Positions 36,474-47,630 are shown, numbered from the stretch's first letter. The stretch: 64,000 nucleotides of DNA from Thermodesulfobacteriota bacterium (GCA_965216785.1 OZ244197.1:1600001-1664000); one strand, 5' to 3'. Notes: generated from the sequence alone by a model not told the origin. Translations and numbers: made by a program.

Positions 36474-38716
36474 ATGAAAATGAACCTGCCGGCTTATTTA
36501 AAAGAATTCCGCGTTAAATCGGCGCTAAAGGTCGCGCTGGCCGCGGTAATTTGCGTGCTGATAAATAATATCTTTCACCTTGACGCGGTATACCTGGCGG
36601 AGCTGTACACTTTTTTGATATTGACACTATTTCATGGACAAGCCTTCAAAGTAGGCATCGAGTCACTTGTCGTGGCAATAGTATTTGGCGCCCTGAGTCT
36701 TTTGATCACATATCTTTTCCTTGAGTCAAAAATATTGTATTTGGTCCTTATGAGCTTAGTGCTCTTTTTGTGTATGACGTTTATTAAAAATATTTTCTCG
36801 CGGTTTTGCTAACGGGTGTGCTCATAGCAATAACAACCTATATGGGTATAAATGAATCACTAACCGTGGCCACGGTTACGGCTAAGAATTTTGTATTGCA
36901 GATGGTTTTGGCTGTTATTGTTTGCTGGATAGTAGACGATTATATATGGCCTCACAGGAGCCGGAAAACTTTTGACCTGACGCTTTCCACAATATTTTCA
37001 GAGCTCGGTAATCTCTACGAAAACTATACTTCGGAGGATATAAGCACAAGGTATAACCACCATTCCATATCTACCGCTTTCGTTACTTTCTCGGGCCTCA
37101 TGAATGTGCTTAAGAGGGTGGAGAGCGAGGAGGGTAAGAATAATTACTTTCCTGACGGCGCTTATATAAAGATTATCACTTTCACAAGAGGAATCTTTGT
37201 TAAGACCGAGGTTTTAGAGGAATATGTGCTTAAAAAACACGTGTTTTTGAGTGACGAGAGTGTATCTTCAGAACTAAATAAAATTTTACACAATTTCTCA
37301 GAGCGTCTTACAGAGCTCTCTAATGCAGTTTCCGAAAACCGGGCCGCGCGTCTTAAGAGTGATGATATTGAAAGCTCTATTAACTCTTTACACAGCGTCT
37401 ATAGGAGTATGCATGAGGTAAAGGGAGAGGAGCCTCAGTATTACGAAGACCTACTTGCTTTCGGCGCCATGCTTCCCGTGCTGGACGATGTTTCGTTAAA
37501 GCTAAGTAAAATCGAGAAATTCTATAACTTAATTGAGAGAAATGAGTACCGTGAGCTGATGGAGCTCCGCGTAACTCACGCGCCTAAAGTCGAAGAGATG
37601 AAAACGAAACCCTTTTTTCAGTTTAATGATGAAACCGTTAAGGTAGGTATCAGGACCGTGATAATATTCTGGCTTCTCCTGCTCGGACAGGCGACAATAA
37701 ATCTTCCGGGCGGCGCGCTTGTTTCTTTTTACGCAATATTATTCGGCATCATCCCAAACCTGGGTCAGGCGTTTATGAAAAGCTGGTACGGTATTGGGGG
37801 AATTGTGTCCGGGATACTTTATGGATTGGTGGCCCTTGCGATTATCTCGGTCGCGACTCATTTTATAATATTGATACTATTATTCTGTATAGGTTTCTTT
37901 CTGGCCTCATACGCGACGACGAGCCCGAGGGATATATCTGCCGCGGGTCTTCAGGCAGGGCTCGTAATACCCTATGCGCTTTTGTACACAACCGGGCCCC
38001 AGGTCGATCTGGACGCTGCTTTGACGCGTTTCCTGGCCCTGCTTTCCGCCGCGTTTGTCGGGCTGATAGTTCTACACCTTGCCTGGCCTGTAAACCCTTA
38101 TACACAGCTGCAAAAAAATATATCAAAATCCCTACGTGTAAGCGGCGGCATATTGAGCAGGCTTCTAATGCTCGATATAAAGGACAAAGATATGATAGAT
38201 GCAAAGGTACTTCCATTAGCAGCTTCACTTCCTACGAGCAGCGCGCTTCTTCACGACGCCGAGTATATTATGCGAGAAGAAAAGCTTCACTCAGATGAGT
38301 ACATACATATAATAGAATCACTGGAAGAGATGTTTGCCGACCTCGCAACCGTAAAGAGGACGGTTTACAGTCATCTGGACAGCGAGCTTTTTCATTTGTA
38401 CCTGGATCATATGTCTGATGATTATAGGAAGCTTTGCGAGTATTTTGATCAAGCATCTTCACTTTTCGGATCTTCGGTAGCGGATATTCCCACAAAAATT
38501 TCAGAATTGAAAGTTAAGATTGAAGAGGACAGACGCGTGTTCAGAGACTCAGACGTTTGGAGAAAATATGAGCCTCGGGATGTTGAAATGAATGTTCTTC
38601 TGTCCACAAACGTAGACAATCTGTTGGAAGCTCTTTATAAAACGTCCTGCTGTTTGAATAGTATAAACGGCATTGAGCCTGAGCATAAGCTGACGCTCCA
38701 AGCTTCAGAGACATAG
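36474..38716 (+). pseudogene. FUSC-family (aromatic acid exporter-like) membrane protein split by a frameshift
   Basis: ORFs 36474-36812 and 36806-38716 join as ...FIKKYFLAVLLTG... if the A5 run at 36786-36790 is A6; IWP/AWP motifs. Confidence 0.75.
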
Positions 38717-38829
38717 CCCGGGGTATTGCAGGTACTTTGAATTGTTGTACAATTTCCGCTTTTAATTCTAAACATACGGACTATAATTGAATCTCAGGCT
38801 CTGTGGCAGAGCTTTCAACATAAAAAGAT

Positions 38830-40101
38830 ATGGATCTATTCACAGTTTTCGCGATACTGATTACGCTTACCGCCGTATTCAGTTTTTTAAATGTGGTATA
38901 CATAAAGCTGCCCTCGACAGTGGGGGTGATGCTTGCCTCTCTAATTTCCTCCCTTGTAATTATCGTATCAGGATATCTGGGTTTCGGCGGTATTGACTGG
39001 GCAGTAAAGCTTGTGGAGGCTGCCGACTTTAACCATTTGGTGATGAACGGGCTTTTAAGCTTTTTACTCTTTGCGGCCGCGTCGAGGGTGAATATCTCTG
39101 ATTTACATGAATACAAGTGGACTATCGCTTATCTGGCGACTGTGGGAATTATTATTTCCACTATATTTATAGGGTTTACCATTCACTGGATATTCGCACT
39201 TTTCGGTAAAGAATTCCCCCTTATATATTCAATTATTTTCGGGGCTATTATCTCCCCGATAGACGCTGTAGTTGTGCTCAGGCTTCTAAAGCAGGTTAAT
39301 GCCAGTAAGGCGCTCGAGACCATTATCACAGGGGAGTCTCTTTTTAACGATGCTGTCGCGGTAGTGCTGTTCGTGTTTCTGGTTGCCATAGCGGGCGGTA
39401 ATGCGGAGCTTACGGGCGCGGACATTGTTAGATTCTTTATTAAAGAGGCCTTGGGGGGTCTGTTCCTGGGACTGTTCTTCGGGTACTTAGCTCACAGGAT
39501 GATTGTGAAAATAATAAAAGAAGGCTCTAACAACCATATTGTAATCGTACTAGTTACGCTTGCGCTAGTGTCCGGAGCATACGCGGTGGCAGAGCTTGTA
39601 GACGTGTCGGCCCCGCTCACAAGCGTGGTCGCCGGACTTTTCCTGGCAAAGAGCAGGATTCATAAATACGCTGAAGAAGAGCCTATGCACGTACGGTATG
39701 TGCATGATTTCTGGGATGTAATCGACGAAGTGCTTAACGCTCTCCTGTTTGTGTTGATAGGTCTTGAAGTGCTCGTGCTGAATTTTCAAAAGACTTTTAT
39801 TGTAGGCTGTATATTGGTTATACCTGTGATTATCATTGCCAGGTACATCAGTGTCGAGGTCCCGTTATTGTTCCTTAGGTACTTTAGAAAGCTGCCGTCC
39901 TTAAAAGGGTTTGTTATGACATGGTGCGGGCTAAGGGGCGGAGTATCTATAGCGCTTGCACTTTCGCTGCCAAGCTCGGATCATAGGGATGTTATTTTGG
40001 TTCTGACCTATATCGTGGTTGTATTTTCAATTTTCGTTCAGGGGCTTACACTCGAAAGAGCGATAAATTGGGCAAGGTCAAGAGAGCACCGAGTAAAATA
40101 A
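38830..40101 (+). CDS. CPA1 Na+/H+ antiporter (NhaP-like)
   Basis: GESLFND, GLRGGVSIALALSL. Confidence 0.92.
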   Translation: MDLFTVFAILITLTAVFSFLNVVYIKLPSTVGVMLASLISSLVIIVSGYLGFGGIDWAVKLVEAADFNHLVMNGLLSFLLFAAASRVNISDLHEYKWTIAYLATVGIIISTIFIGFTIHWIFALFGKEFPLIYSIIFGAIISPIDAVVVLRLLKQVNASKALETIITGESLFNDAVAVVLFVFLVAIAGGNAELTGADIVRFFIKEALGGLFLGLFFGYLAHRMIVKIIKEGSNNHIVIVLVTLALVSGAYAVAELVDVSAPLTSVVAGLFLAKSRIHKYAEEEPMHVRYVHDFWDVIDEVLNALLFVLIGLEVLVLNFQKTFIVGCILVIPVIIIARYISVEVPLLFLRYFRKLPSLKGFVMTWCGLRGGVSIALALSLPSSDHRDVILVLTYIVVVFSIFVQGLTLERAINWARSREHRVK

Positions 40102-40128
40102 AGGCATTATTGGCTTATAATTAAATAG

Positions 40129-40617
40129 ATGTTAGGTTTTAATCAACGTCGTACAATTGTATATCAATTGGTCAGGTCATTAATTTGCATTACGGAGGAA
40201 ATGATGAAACTGAGAATGACACCCGGAATTTGTGCTCTAGCCGTGCTAAGTGTGTTTTTCCTGATGAGCTGCGCCGCAATAAAGTCACAGGACGCACAAT
40301 CCACCGAGGAGCTCTTGAGCGCCGCGGGATTTGTTATGATTCCCGCACAAACGCCTGAGGAGCTTGCGAACCTTAACTCACTGACCCCCCTTAAAGTCGA
40401 GTTTAGTGTAAAAGATAATAAACCCCTTTACTGGTATGCGGACCCATATAGCTGTAAGTGCGTCTACACCGGGGACCAGGCAGCTTACGACCGTTATCAG
40501 AAACTCAATGTCGAGCAGAATATCGCGGACGAGGAGCAGGACGCGGCTCTCATGAACGAGCAGGCGGCTGCGGACGCCAACATGTGGGGATGGCTCGGCG
40601 GTCCGTGGGGTTGGTAA
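40129..40617 (+). CDS. Hypothetical lipoprotein (start probably near 40201)
   Basis: Lipobox LMSC; LLSAAGF...YADP..CKC.Y.G..AY. Confidence 0.75.
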   Translation: MLGFNQRRTIVYQLVRSLICITEEMMKLRMTPGICALAVLSVFFLMSCAAIKSQDAQSTEELLSAAGFVMIPAQTPEELANLNSLTPLKVEFSVKDNKPLYWYADPYSCKCVYTGDQAAYDRYQKLNVEQNIADEEQDAALMNEQAAADANMWGWLGGPWGW

Positions 40618-40673
40618 TACTGCTTTAAGAATTTTGTATTTTGAGATTGGTCATTTAGTAACCCGGGCCTCAG

Positions 40674-41783
40674 ATGAAACTCAACGATTTCATAGCCAAA
40701 CTGGGTATTAAAAACCCCGAGCACACCACTAGATTCTGGGTTCTCCTGATAGTTTGTATAATAGTGGTTCTGATCATCTATTACGCTCTTTTAGACCGAT
40801 ATACGCCTTACACTAGCGACGCGTATATACAGGCCTATGTCGTGCAGGTCGCCCCTCAGGTGGAAGGACGGGTGATAGGCGTATATGTGGAGAATAACCA
40901 GTACGTCGAAGAGGGTGAGAAGCTCTTCAGTCTCGATCCCCGCCCATTTGAATATCGGGTGGAGCAGCAGCAGGCGGAGCTTGTACAGGCAAGACAGGAA
41001 GTCGATCAGTACGAGAGTGATATCGAGGCTGCGGCGCAAGTTGTGAAGGAGTCTCAGGCAAATCTCTCCTACGCTCAAAAACTATACGATGACTTGCGGC
41101 CCCTTGCGGAAAAGAATTACGTAGCCCAAATTGAGCTTGATCAGGCGATTGATAAGTTAAATTCCCAAAAAGCCGTGCTGAAGCAATCCATCGCTGAGTA
41201 TGAGCGCACAAAGCAGGCGCTCGAATACACGATTGACGGAGAGTTTGCCCTCATCAGACAGATGGAATCGCAGCTTTCCTATTACCTCTACCAGCTCGAG
41301 CAGACCACAGTATATTCCTCTACGGACGGGTTCGTCACTAACCTGCAGCTCGTGAGCGGCTCGTATATAGACGTTGGGGACCCTGTGCTGACGCTTGTAG
41401 ACGATGAAGGCTGGTGGGTCGTGGCTAACTTCAGAGAGAACAGCGTCGGAAGAATAAGAGAGGGGCAGACAGCCGAAATATCCATTGCTATGTATCCGGG
41501 GAAGATATTCAAAGCCCGTATCGAAAGCGCCGACTGGGGAGTAAGCAAAGGACAGGGAATACCCTCCGGCGATCTTCCGGACGTGGAAAACCCCGAGAAC
41601 TGGATAAGCGTAACACAGCGTTTTCCCGTGAGGCTAAGTATTACAAACCTGAACGGAGACGAATACCCGCTTCGAATAGGGGGGTCTGTGAGCGTGGCTG
41701 TATATACGGGCAGGAATTTCATACTGAACGGCCTTGCCGGGCTCTGGCTCAGGATAGGGAGCCTGGTCGATTATTTCTATTAG
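40674..41783 (+). CDS. HlyD/EmrA-family membrane fusion protein
   Basis: PYTSDAYI, VAPQVEGRV, ANFRE, WISVTQRFPV. Confidence 0.92.
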   Translation: MKLNDFIAKLGIKNPEHTTRFWVLLIVCIIVVLIIYYALLDRYTPYTSDAYIQAYVVQVAPQVEGRVIGVYVENNQYVEEGEKLFSLDPRPFEYRVEQQQAELVQARQEVDQYESDIEAAAQVVKESQANLSYAQKLYDDLRPLAEKNYVAQIELDQAIDKLNSQKAVLKQSIAEYERTKQALEYTIDGEFALIRQMESQLSYYLYQLEQTTVYSSTDGFVTNLQLVSGSYIDVGDPVLTLVDDEGWWVVANFRENSVGRIREGQTAEISIAMYPGKIFKARIESADWGVSKGQGIPSGDLPDVENPENWISVTQRFPVRLSITNLNGDEYPLRIGGSVSVAVYTGRNFILNGLAGLWLRIGSLVDYFY

Positions 41784-41822
41784 GGGCGCAGGTGAATTTG
41801 AAACCCTGTTTTCAAACCTATT

Positions 41823-42512
41823 TTATAAAAGTTTAAATATCGTCCAGAGGATTTTATAGCCCGCTTTAAATGTGCCGTTAAGGGTGCCTGTGATCTTTGA
41901 TACTCCGATTCTTTTCCTATAGCTCACAGGTACTTCCGTGCACCGAAACCCGGATTTTGCGGCTTTTACCTGCATCTCGACAGTCCATCCGTATGTAGTG
42001 TCCGCCATTTGAAGCTCTAACAGCTTATCAAACTTTATTGCCCTGAATGGACCGAGGTCCGTGAATTTTACGCCGTAAAGAAGTTTTATGAGCGTTGTAG
42101 CGAGCGCATTTCCGAACCTAGCCTGCGGGAGCAGGGCGCCCCGCTCTGCTTTTCCTAATTTCCGGGACCCTATGACCATATCGTAGTCTTCATCAATTAT
42201 GGGTTTTACAAGTTCTGTCATTTCCCCGGGGTAGTCTGAATAATCACCATCGAGGAACACTATTATGTCCGGCCGCTCGTTTATCTTCTCGGCGTACTCG
42301 ATTCCCTTGAGACACGCCTGACCGTAGCCTCTTTTGGGCTCGTCCAGTACCGTAGCACCGTGGGACTTTGCCACTTCAGGGGTGCTGTCAGTAGAAGCGT
42401 TATTGACTACGACGACTTCCCGTGCCAGGTCCTCGGGTAAATCGGCCAGGACTTTGCCGATGGAGTCTTGTTCGTTGTATGCTGGGATGATTACGAGGAT
42501 ATTGGGGGTCAT
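41823..42512 (-). CDS. GT2 glycosyltransferase
   Basis: IIPAYNE, FLDGDYSD, TDLGPFRAI. Confidence 0.92.
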   Translation of the reverse strand: MTPNILVIIPAYNEQDSIGKVLADLPEDLAREVVVVNNASTDSTPEVAKSHGATVLDEPKRGYGQACLKGIEYAEKINERPDIIVFLDGDYSDYPGEMTELVKPIIDEDYDMVIGSRKLGKAERGALLPQARFGNALATTLIKLLYGVKFTDLGPFRAIKFDKLLELQMADTTYGWTVEMQVKAAKSGFRCTEVPVSYRKRIGVSKITGTLNGTFKAGYKILWTIFKLL

Positions 42513-42565
42513 CTGTTAGCTGTTTATTCTTTAGGATTTGGTTAAATACTACCTGGTCAACTATA

Positions 42566-42582
42566 TTTGACGAACCGTCAAA
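42566..42582. promoter_or_regulatory. Palindromic operator candidate
   Basis: TTTGACG-AAC-CGTCAAA upstream of GT2. Confidence 0.4.
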
Positions 42583-42609
42583 ATATTTGGTATGGATATA
42601 TTATTCTTT

Positions 42610-42865
42610 CTTCTTTTGCATGATCAAAAGAAGCAAAAATCACCGGCTGTACGATAAATAACTAAAAATTGCTCATTCAGGCGAAACTTCACAATTCCGC
42701 CTGCATCCCGTGTGAAGTTATAGACGCCTTCATTTCGCAATTTTCTTAACGTTATTTTCGTAATGCCGGAAACTATTCACCCTTCGACAAGCTCAGGGTG
42801 AGCGGGAAATTTAATTGCCAAGATTTAGAAAGATTGCTTCAATCACTTTGTTTTTTCGCAATGAC
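42610..42865. repeat. Cluster of REP/MITE-like palindromic elements
   Basis: CTTCTTTTGCATGATCAAAAGAAG plus long hairpin 42643-42769; TCACCCTTCGACAAGCTCAGGGTGA; AGATTGCTTC...TCGCAATGAC. Confidence 0.65.
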
Positions 42866-45247
42866 TTATTTGTTCTCTCGCATTAATACCGGAGAGGCGG
42901 CGAGTTTGTCTAATGATATTACTTTGCCTGTCTTTGTGTCTACCTGACCGAACTGCAGCACCCCTGTGGGGCATGACTGAACGCACGCGCTGCACCTTAC
43001 GCACTCGGGGTCGTTCATCGGGAGCCCTTTATTGGCAAAGTTCATTATGTCTATCCCCTGGTGGCACACAGAGGTGCAAACGTTACAAGATATGCACTTT
43101 TTCTTGTTAGGAATAATCCTGAAGCGGCTAAAGCGCGCGAATATGTGCATGAGCGCCGCGAGCGGGCACATGAACCTGCACCAGACTCTCCCGCTGTACC
43201 AGAAATAGAGCCCGTAACCGACTATGCCAGCAAGGAGGAGGTCCACAACCCATTTGTAGTTGACCTGGATTCCGAACGGCTTCCAGCCATAGAGCATGGA
43301 GGCGTATAGATTGTTAAGCCACTGTCCTACGCTTGTGTCGGGGACCGCCCAGCTGATGATACGCGCAAAGAGGATGATAAAAGCTATTACTAGGATAACC
43401 TGGCCCACCATGTTGACGCGGTTCCAGCCAGCGCCGTGGGGCATTTTGTGCCGCTGAGTGTCTCCCAAAGTTTCAGCCATTGCGCCGCAGGAGCAGATCC
43501 ATCCGCAGTAAGCGCCCTTGCCCCAGAAATAAATCATGCCCGGTATTATGACGAACGTCTGGACGAGGCTTATGATGAGCCATGTCCAAAGGGGCTCGTA
43601 GCTGAATACGTTCCAGATAAACAGGGGCCATGCGAGGATTATTCCAAAAGCGCGCCAGTACTCGCGTCCGTGTCCGTAGTTTGCCTCGGGGAATAGCTCG
43701 TTCCCTACAGTGTTCATAAACCCAGCCTCGAAAAGCCCGTTGTGCCCAAGAAATGGGAGCACAAAGTACGGCAGTAAAAATAGCGGAATCACCTGTATGA
43801 GAGCAAGTGAAAGTGTCTGAATCTTAATATAAGGAGTTTTTCTCCTTTTTACCCGCATTATGCCGAAAATTACTACAAGGAGCGAGTATGCGAGGGAATA
43901 GTAAAACCCCGGCTCTTCAAGCGTAATCGCCATGGTGCCAACCAGCGTCGACGGGTCGTTTACCATTTGAGTAAAGGACTCACCGAAGCTGTTGAATAAC
44001 GCTGGAAGATTGTACGGGAACCACTCGTTTGACTGAAACAGCTTTGTTAGTGAGCCCCCGGCCTTCCAGTTGTAGACGAACGTCATTAAAAGTAAAAAGA
44101 GAGCTAGACCGATCCAGCCCATGGCGCTGAACTCGCCTTTTATCCTTACTCCGCTGCGCCTGAAGAAATCGAGCGGCGCCTCGCGCCCGATCATGGTGAA
44201 CACCGCGTCATTTGGCAGAGTGAGATCGTTCCCGTCCCTGTCGGTGATCTTTACCTCGCTCTCGCCTATCTCTTTCACCTGGCTCTTCATCATGAGCGTT
44301 ATCTTGCCGTCTTGCTTGGCTTCGGGCATAAATTCCCCGGTGCTTGTGGTTACGCGCTCAGATGAGGGGGTCTCGATCGCGACATCGGCCTCTGGGTCAG
44401 CCATGAGCATATTCAAAAACTCTATGTTCTCCGGCTTTGGCCGTGAGAACTCTTCCTTTCTGTATGAGTGGGTGACCGAGCCTCCGGCCTTTGCTATGGC
44501 TATGGAAGTCTCAAGCGCGCTGTCTCCACCGCCGACAACAAGTACGTTCTTTCCTTCAAAATCCATCGGGTCGTGTAGGCGGTTAAACACCTTGCCCGAA
44601 TCCTCGCCGGGTACGCCAAGTTTCCTGAAATTACCCGAGCGCCCTATACCCACAATTACCCGCCTTGCCTTAAGGTTCTCTCCCTGGGGTATAACGATCT
44701 CAAAGTAATTGCCTTTCTTCTCGACCTTTTCCACCCTTGCCATTTCGGGCTCGATGCCTTTGCCGAGAGTCTGGGCTTTCATCTCTTCCACAAGGGGCTC
44801 TTTAACGTCTTTTGTAAACTGCAGGTCACCGAGAGGGACCATATCTGTCGGGTATGTATATATCGGCTTGCCTTTGGGGAAATTTACCACTGTGGAGAAG
44901 GGCTCCGTGGCTTCGAGTATCTTGAAATTAAGCTCGTCCTTTTGCGCCTCAAGCGCTGCGGCCATGCCCGAGACGCCTGCACCGATAATGACGAGGTCAA
45001 GCATGTCGGGATCTTTATTCGCGCCTCGCTCGGAGAGGAAGCTCCTGTCCATGCGGATTGATTCCACTGCCCTGGCGCCTGAGTCTGATGAGAATTTTAG
45101 AAGCGGTATGCCGGTAAGATCGCCTACGATATATAAGCCCGGGACGTTCGTGGAATAGTCGCTGTTTACATCCGGTAGCTTTTCCACAATCCCCGCGGGC
45201 CACTGCGTATGGAGCCATTTCGTGTATCTCGATATCAACCCGAACAA
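42866..45247 (-). CDS. TrxB-like FAD/NAD(P) oxidoreductase fused to a NapH/NosR-like membrane 4Fe-4S domain
   Basis: IIGAGVSG, VGGGDSALE; CGWICSCG, CRFMCP, two CxxCxxCxxxC ferredoxin motifs. Confidence 0.85.
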   Translation of the reverse strand: MFGLISRYTKWLHTQWPAGIVEKLPDVNSDYSTNVPGLYIVGDLTGIPLLKFSSDSGARAVESIRMDRSFLSERGANKDPDMLDLVIIGAGVSGMAAALEAQKDELNFKILEATEPFSTVVNFPKGKPIYTYPTDMVPLGDLQFTKDVKEPLVEEMKAQTLGKGIEPEMARVEKVEKKGNYFEIVIPQGENLKARRVIVGIGRSGNFRKLGVPGEDSGKVFNRLHDPMDFEGKNVLVVGGGDSALETSIAIAKAGGSVTHSYRKEEFSRPKPENIEFLNMLMADPEADVAIETPSSERVTTSTGEFMPEAKQDGKITLMMKSQVKEIGESEVKITDRDGNDLTLPNDAVFTMIGREAPLDFFRRSGVRIKGEFSAMGWIGLALFLLLMTFVYNWKAGGSLTKLFQSNEWFPYNLPALFNSFGESFTQMVNDPSTLVGTMAITLEEPGFYYSLAYSLLVVIFGIMRVKRRKTPYIKIQTLSLALIQVIPLFLLPYFVLPFLGHNGLFEAGFMNTVGNELFPEANYGHGREYWRAFGIILAWPLFIWNVFSYEPLWTWLIISLVQTFVIIPGMIYFWGKGAYCGWICSCGAMAETLGDTQRHKMPHGAGWNRVNMVGQVILVIAFIILFARIISWAVPDTSVGQWLNNLYASMLYGWKPFGIQVNYKWVVDLLLAGIVGYGLYFWYSGRVWCRFMCPLAALMHIFARFSRFRIIPNKKKCISCNVCTSVCHQGIDIMNFANKGLPMNDPECVRCSACVQSCPTGVLQFGQVDTKTGKVISLDKLAASPVLMRENK

Positions 45248-45364
45248 GGTGATGCCTCCTCTTGTTTTAGTTTTCCTTCCGCCGCTGTCTAAAGCCGCCG
45301 TTTAGACTATCAATAATAAGTGACACAAAAACAAAAAAGTTACAAGGCCTTTTCGTTAATGCAA

Positions 45365-46129
45365 TCACAGCTTGTCGTTTAACGACCAGTCGTAATTTGT
45401 GTATTCGATCTTAAAGTCAGGGCCGGCTTTTTCGTCCATGTAAGGATTTACAAACGAGATTACAGACCCCGATTCTTTTACAAAGTCTTTCGAGAACCAA
45501 TCGAAAATCGGTGATAGACGGAGCGTCTTGGTTTCCGTATCTATAGAGTTTTTCTGAGTATCTGTCAGGAACGCTTGCGTCTGAGATTCCAGCTGGCCCT
45601 CTAATGCCGGGCCGAGATATGGTTTATTTATTAATGCGGGGCAGCCTTTGGCGGCGCACACAAGTGCAAAATGGACTCTTGGCTCCGGGTAGTTTTTTCT
45701 TATTATTTCGTGCTCCAGGGCATTTAGGGTTAATTCCTCTCCGAAGATTTGTACGACCGGCTGCTCCCATGGGCCACCCGCATCTTTGGCTATATCTTTT
45801 ATGCTTGCCAGCGGATAATTTTCCTGAACCAGATCAAGCGTCTCGGCGTTGTAGACATTTATGAGAAACGCGAGCTGCTGCTCCCCTGTCCAGCTGTCAA
45901 ATACCTCTTTGGTAATAGCCGAGGTTTGGTTTAGATAATTCTTAAGCTCGAACGGGTTTGATTTTATCCCTTTGTAGTCGACCGTCCCATCGCTGACATA
46001 TTGACTTAATATTTTCTCGTAAGCGCTGTGTGATTGATCGAAAAGCGAAGGGGAGGTTTGGGCTGAGGCGTAAAGTGGTATATGAAAAAGCAAAATGGCG
46101 AAGACTAATACGAATAAATAATTGTTCAT
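45365..46129 (-). CDS. DUF547 domain secreted protein
   Basis: LAFLINVYNA, PRVHFALVCAAKGCP, SPIFDWF, YDWSLN. Confidence 0.9.
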   Translation of the reverse strand: MNNYLFVLVFAILLFHIPLYASAQTSPSLFDQSHSAYEKILSQYVSDGTVDYKGIKSNPFELKNYLNQTSAITKEVFDSWTGEQQLAFLINVYNAETLDLVQENYPLASIKDIAKDAGGPWEQPVVQIFGEELTLNALEHEIIRKNYPEPRVHFALVCAAKGCPALINKPYLGPALEGQLESQTQAFLTDTQKNSIDTETKTLRLSPIFDWFSKDFVKESGSVISFVNPYMDEKAGPDFKIEYTNYDWSLNDKL

Positions 46130-46180
46130 GAAGAGCGGGCTCCCTTTACTCTATATTGCTAAGCAGTTCTTATAAGCAAT

Positions 46181-46207
46181 ATACGCTCGGATACGCAGGA
46201 CGGTTTT
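46181..46207 (-). promoter_or_regulatory. ECF sigma promoter candidate
   Basis: AAACC-16 nt-CGTAT upstream of DUF547. Confidence 0.5.
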
Positions 46208-46229
46208 ATTTAAATTGCGCAAGCGGGAT

Positions 46230-47630
46230 TTATTCTTCTCTTCTTATCTTCCACCAGTCTCCGGCTTTTATAAGGAGCGCTCTTGCGTACTCGACGTGTG
46301 ACCACATGAGCGGCGTCGCGAACTGAATATAGCCCCCTTCCGCGCTTTTATCGTCTCTGAAGATACATCTGCTGCCGGTTTCCTCATAGGACTTGTGCAT
46401 GTTGTTGGCTTCTTCTAATATCGTGTCAAAATCGACGTTATCGAGCAAAATGGGCTTATAGAACTCTTTTTCAAAATCGATTCCCGTTTTCCATTCCCTC
46501 TCCATGAATTCTTCAAATCTTCTGCACGTGGACAGGTGCTCGGGTATACCGCCGGTCTCGCTCCTATAGCTGTCGATCATTTTCATAATCTCATCCCCTC
46601 TGCCTGTATTGCCGTTCCAGTAATGGAATTGCGCGAGGATCGCAGTGTACTGAAGCCAGGGGCCGTTTCCGGCGTGGACATGGGTGGAGAAATCCTTATA
46701 AAACGGAAGGTAGCGCATTATCATCCCGAGCTCGGGGTCCCAGAGCTGTTTCTCCAGATACAGCACGCTGTTCTCCATCTGCTGCTTATAGTGCAGGAAC
46801 CCAAAGTAAAAGGGGCTGAGCAGAGTGAAGTCGGGCCTCATGTCCCTGGTTCCGTCAGGGTCAGTCCTCCTCATGTAGCGGTTATCGCCTATAAAGAGCT
46901 CGCTTACTGAATATAGGAACTGGTGGCGGAAGTTCAGGAATTCGGGCCTTATAATATTTTTCTTGTCTTTTTTATTGGACACCTCGCTCGCGAGTGAATA
47001 GGCGTATAGGAAAGAAAAGTTTACCCAGCAGGTATAGCCTTCCTCCATAGCCGACTCGTGAATAGACGTGGTGGAGTAAAAGAGATTAAGCTCTTTTTCA
47101 TATAGAGTCGTATAGCTGTAATCAAGCGCTTTGTCTATACAGACGAAAAAGTCCTCCATATCCTCTACTTCCCGTTTTAAGTACCTGGCGGTGAGCAGGT
47201 AGTTGCATATTATTGCGATCCCGTGCGCTACGTTGTCTTCCTGCTTGTATAAGCTCTTATCTTCACCTTCCAAGCTGTAGCGCTGTCCCCAGTGACCGTC
47301 CTCAGATATAGCGTCTTTCATGAAATGGGCCATGGACTTCATGATCTCAAAAGCTTGCTCCCGCGCGTCATAATCGTGGGATGAGCCCGCTATTCTCCTG
47401 AATAGCTGCACAGCGCAGTTTGTGTCTCTGGGGTAAACATAGGGGTAACGGGACGTCGGGGGCGAGGCCAGTAGCAGTCTGCCGTATTTTTTGTGCTCGA
47501 TCGTGCAGTCTAATATTATTTTCATGTGCTCGTTCAGCTGGTCGTTGAGCTTTGTCATTGCCTTGGTCTTTCTTGCCATATTGAAGGGACCTCCGGGGTT
47601 ATTGGATGTTAAATGCTGTTTAGAACCCAC
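46230..47630 (-). CDS. GH15-like (alpha/alpha)6 glycoside hydrolase
   Basis: YPYVYPRD, GNGPW, IPEHL, ATPLMWSH.EY; start probably MARKTK. Confidence 0.75.
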   Translation of the reverse strand: MGSKQHLTSNNPGGPFNMARKTKAMTKLNDQLNEHMKIILDCTIEHKKYGRLLLASPPTSRYPYVYPRDTNCAVQLFRRIAGSSHDYDAREQAFEIMKSMAHFMKDAISEDGHWGQRYSLEGEDKSLYKQEDNVAHGIAIICNYLLTARYLKREVEDMEDFFVCIDKALDYSYTTLYEKELNLFYSTTSIHESAMEEGYTCWVNFSFLYAYSLASEVSNKKDKKNIIRPEFLNFRHQFLYSVSELFIGDNRYMRRTDPDGTRDMRPDFTLLSPFYFGFLHYKQQMENSVLYLEKQLWDPELGMIMRYLPFYKDFSTHVHAGNGPWLQYTAILAQFHYWNGNTGRGDEIMKMIDSYRSETGGIPEHLSTCRRFEEFMEREWKTGIDFEKEFYKPILLDNVDFDTILEEANNMHKSYEETGSRCIFRDDKSAEGGYIQFATPLMWSHVEYARALLIKAGDWWKIRREE

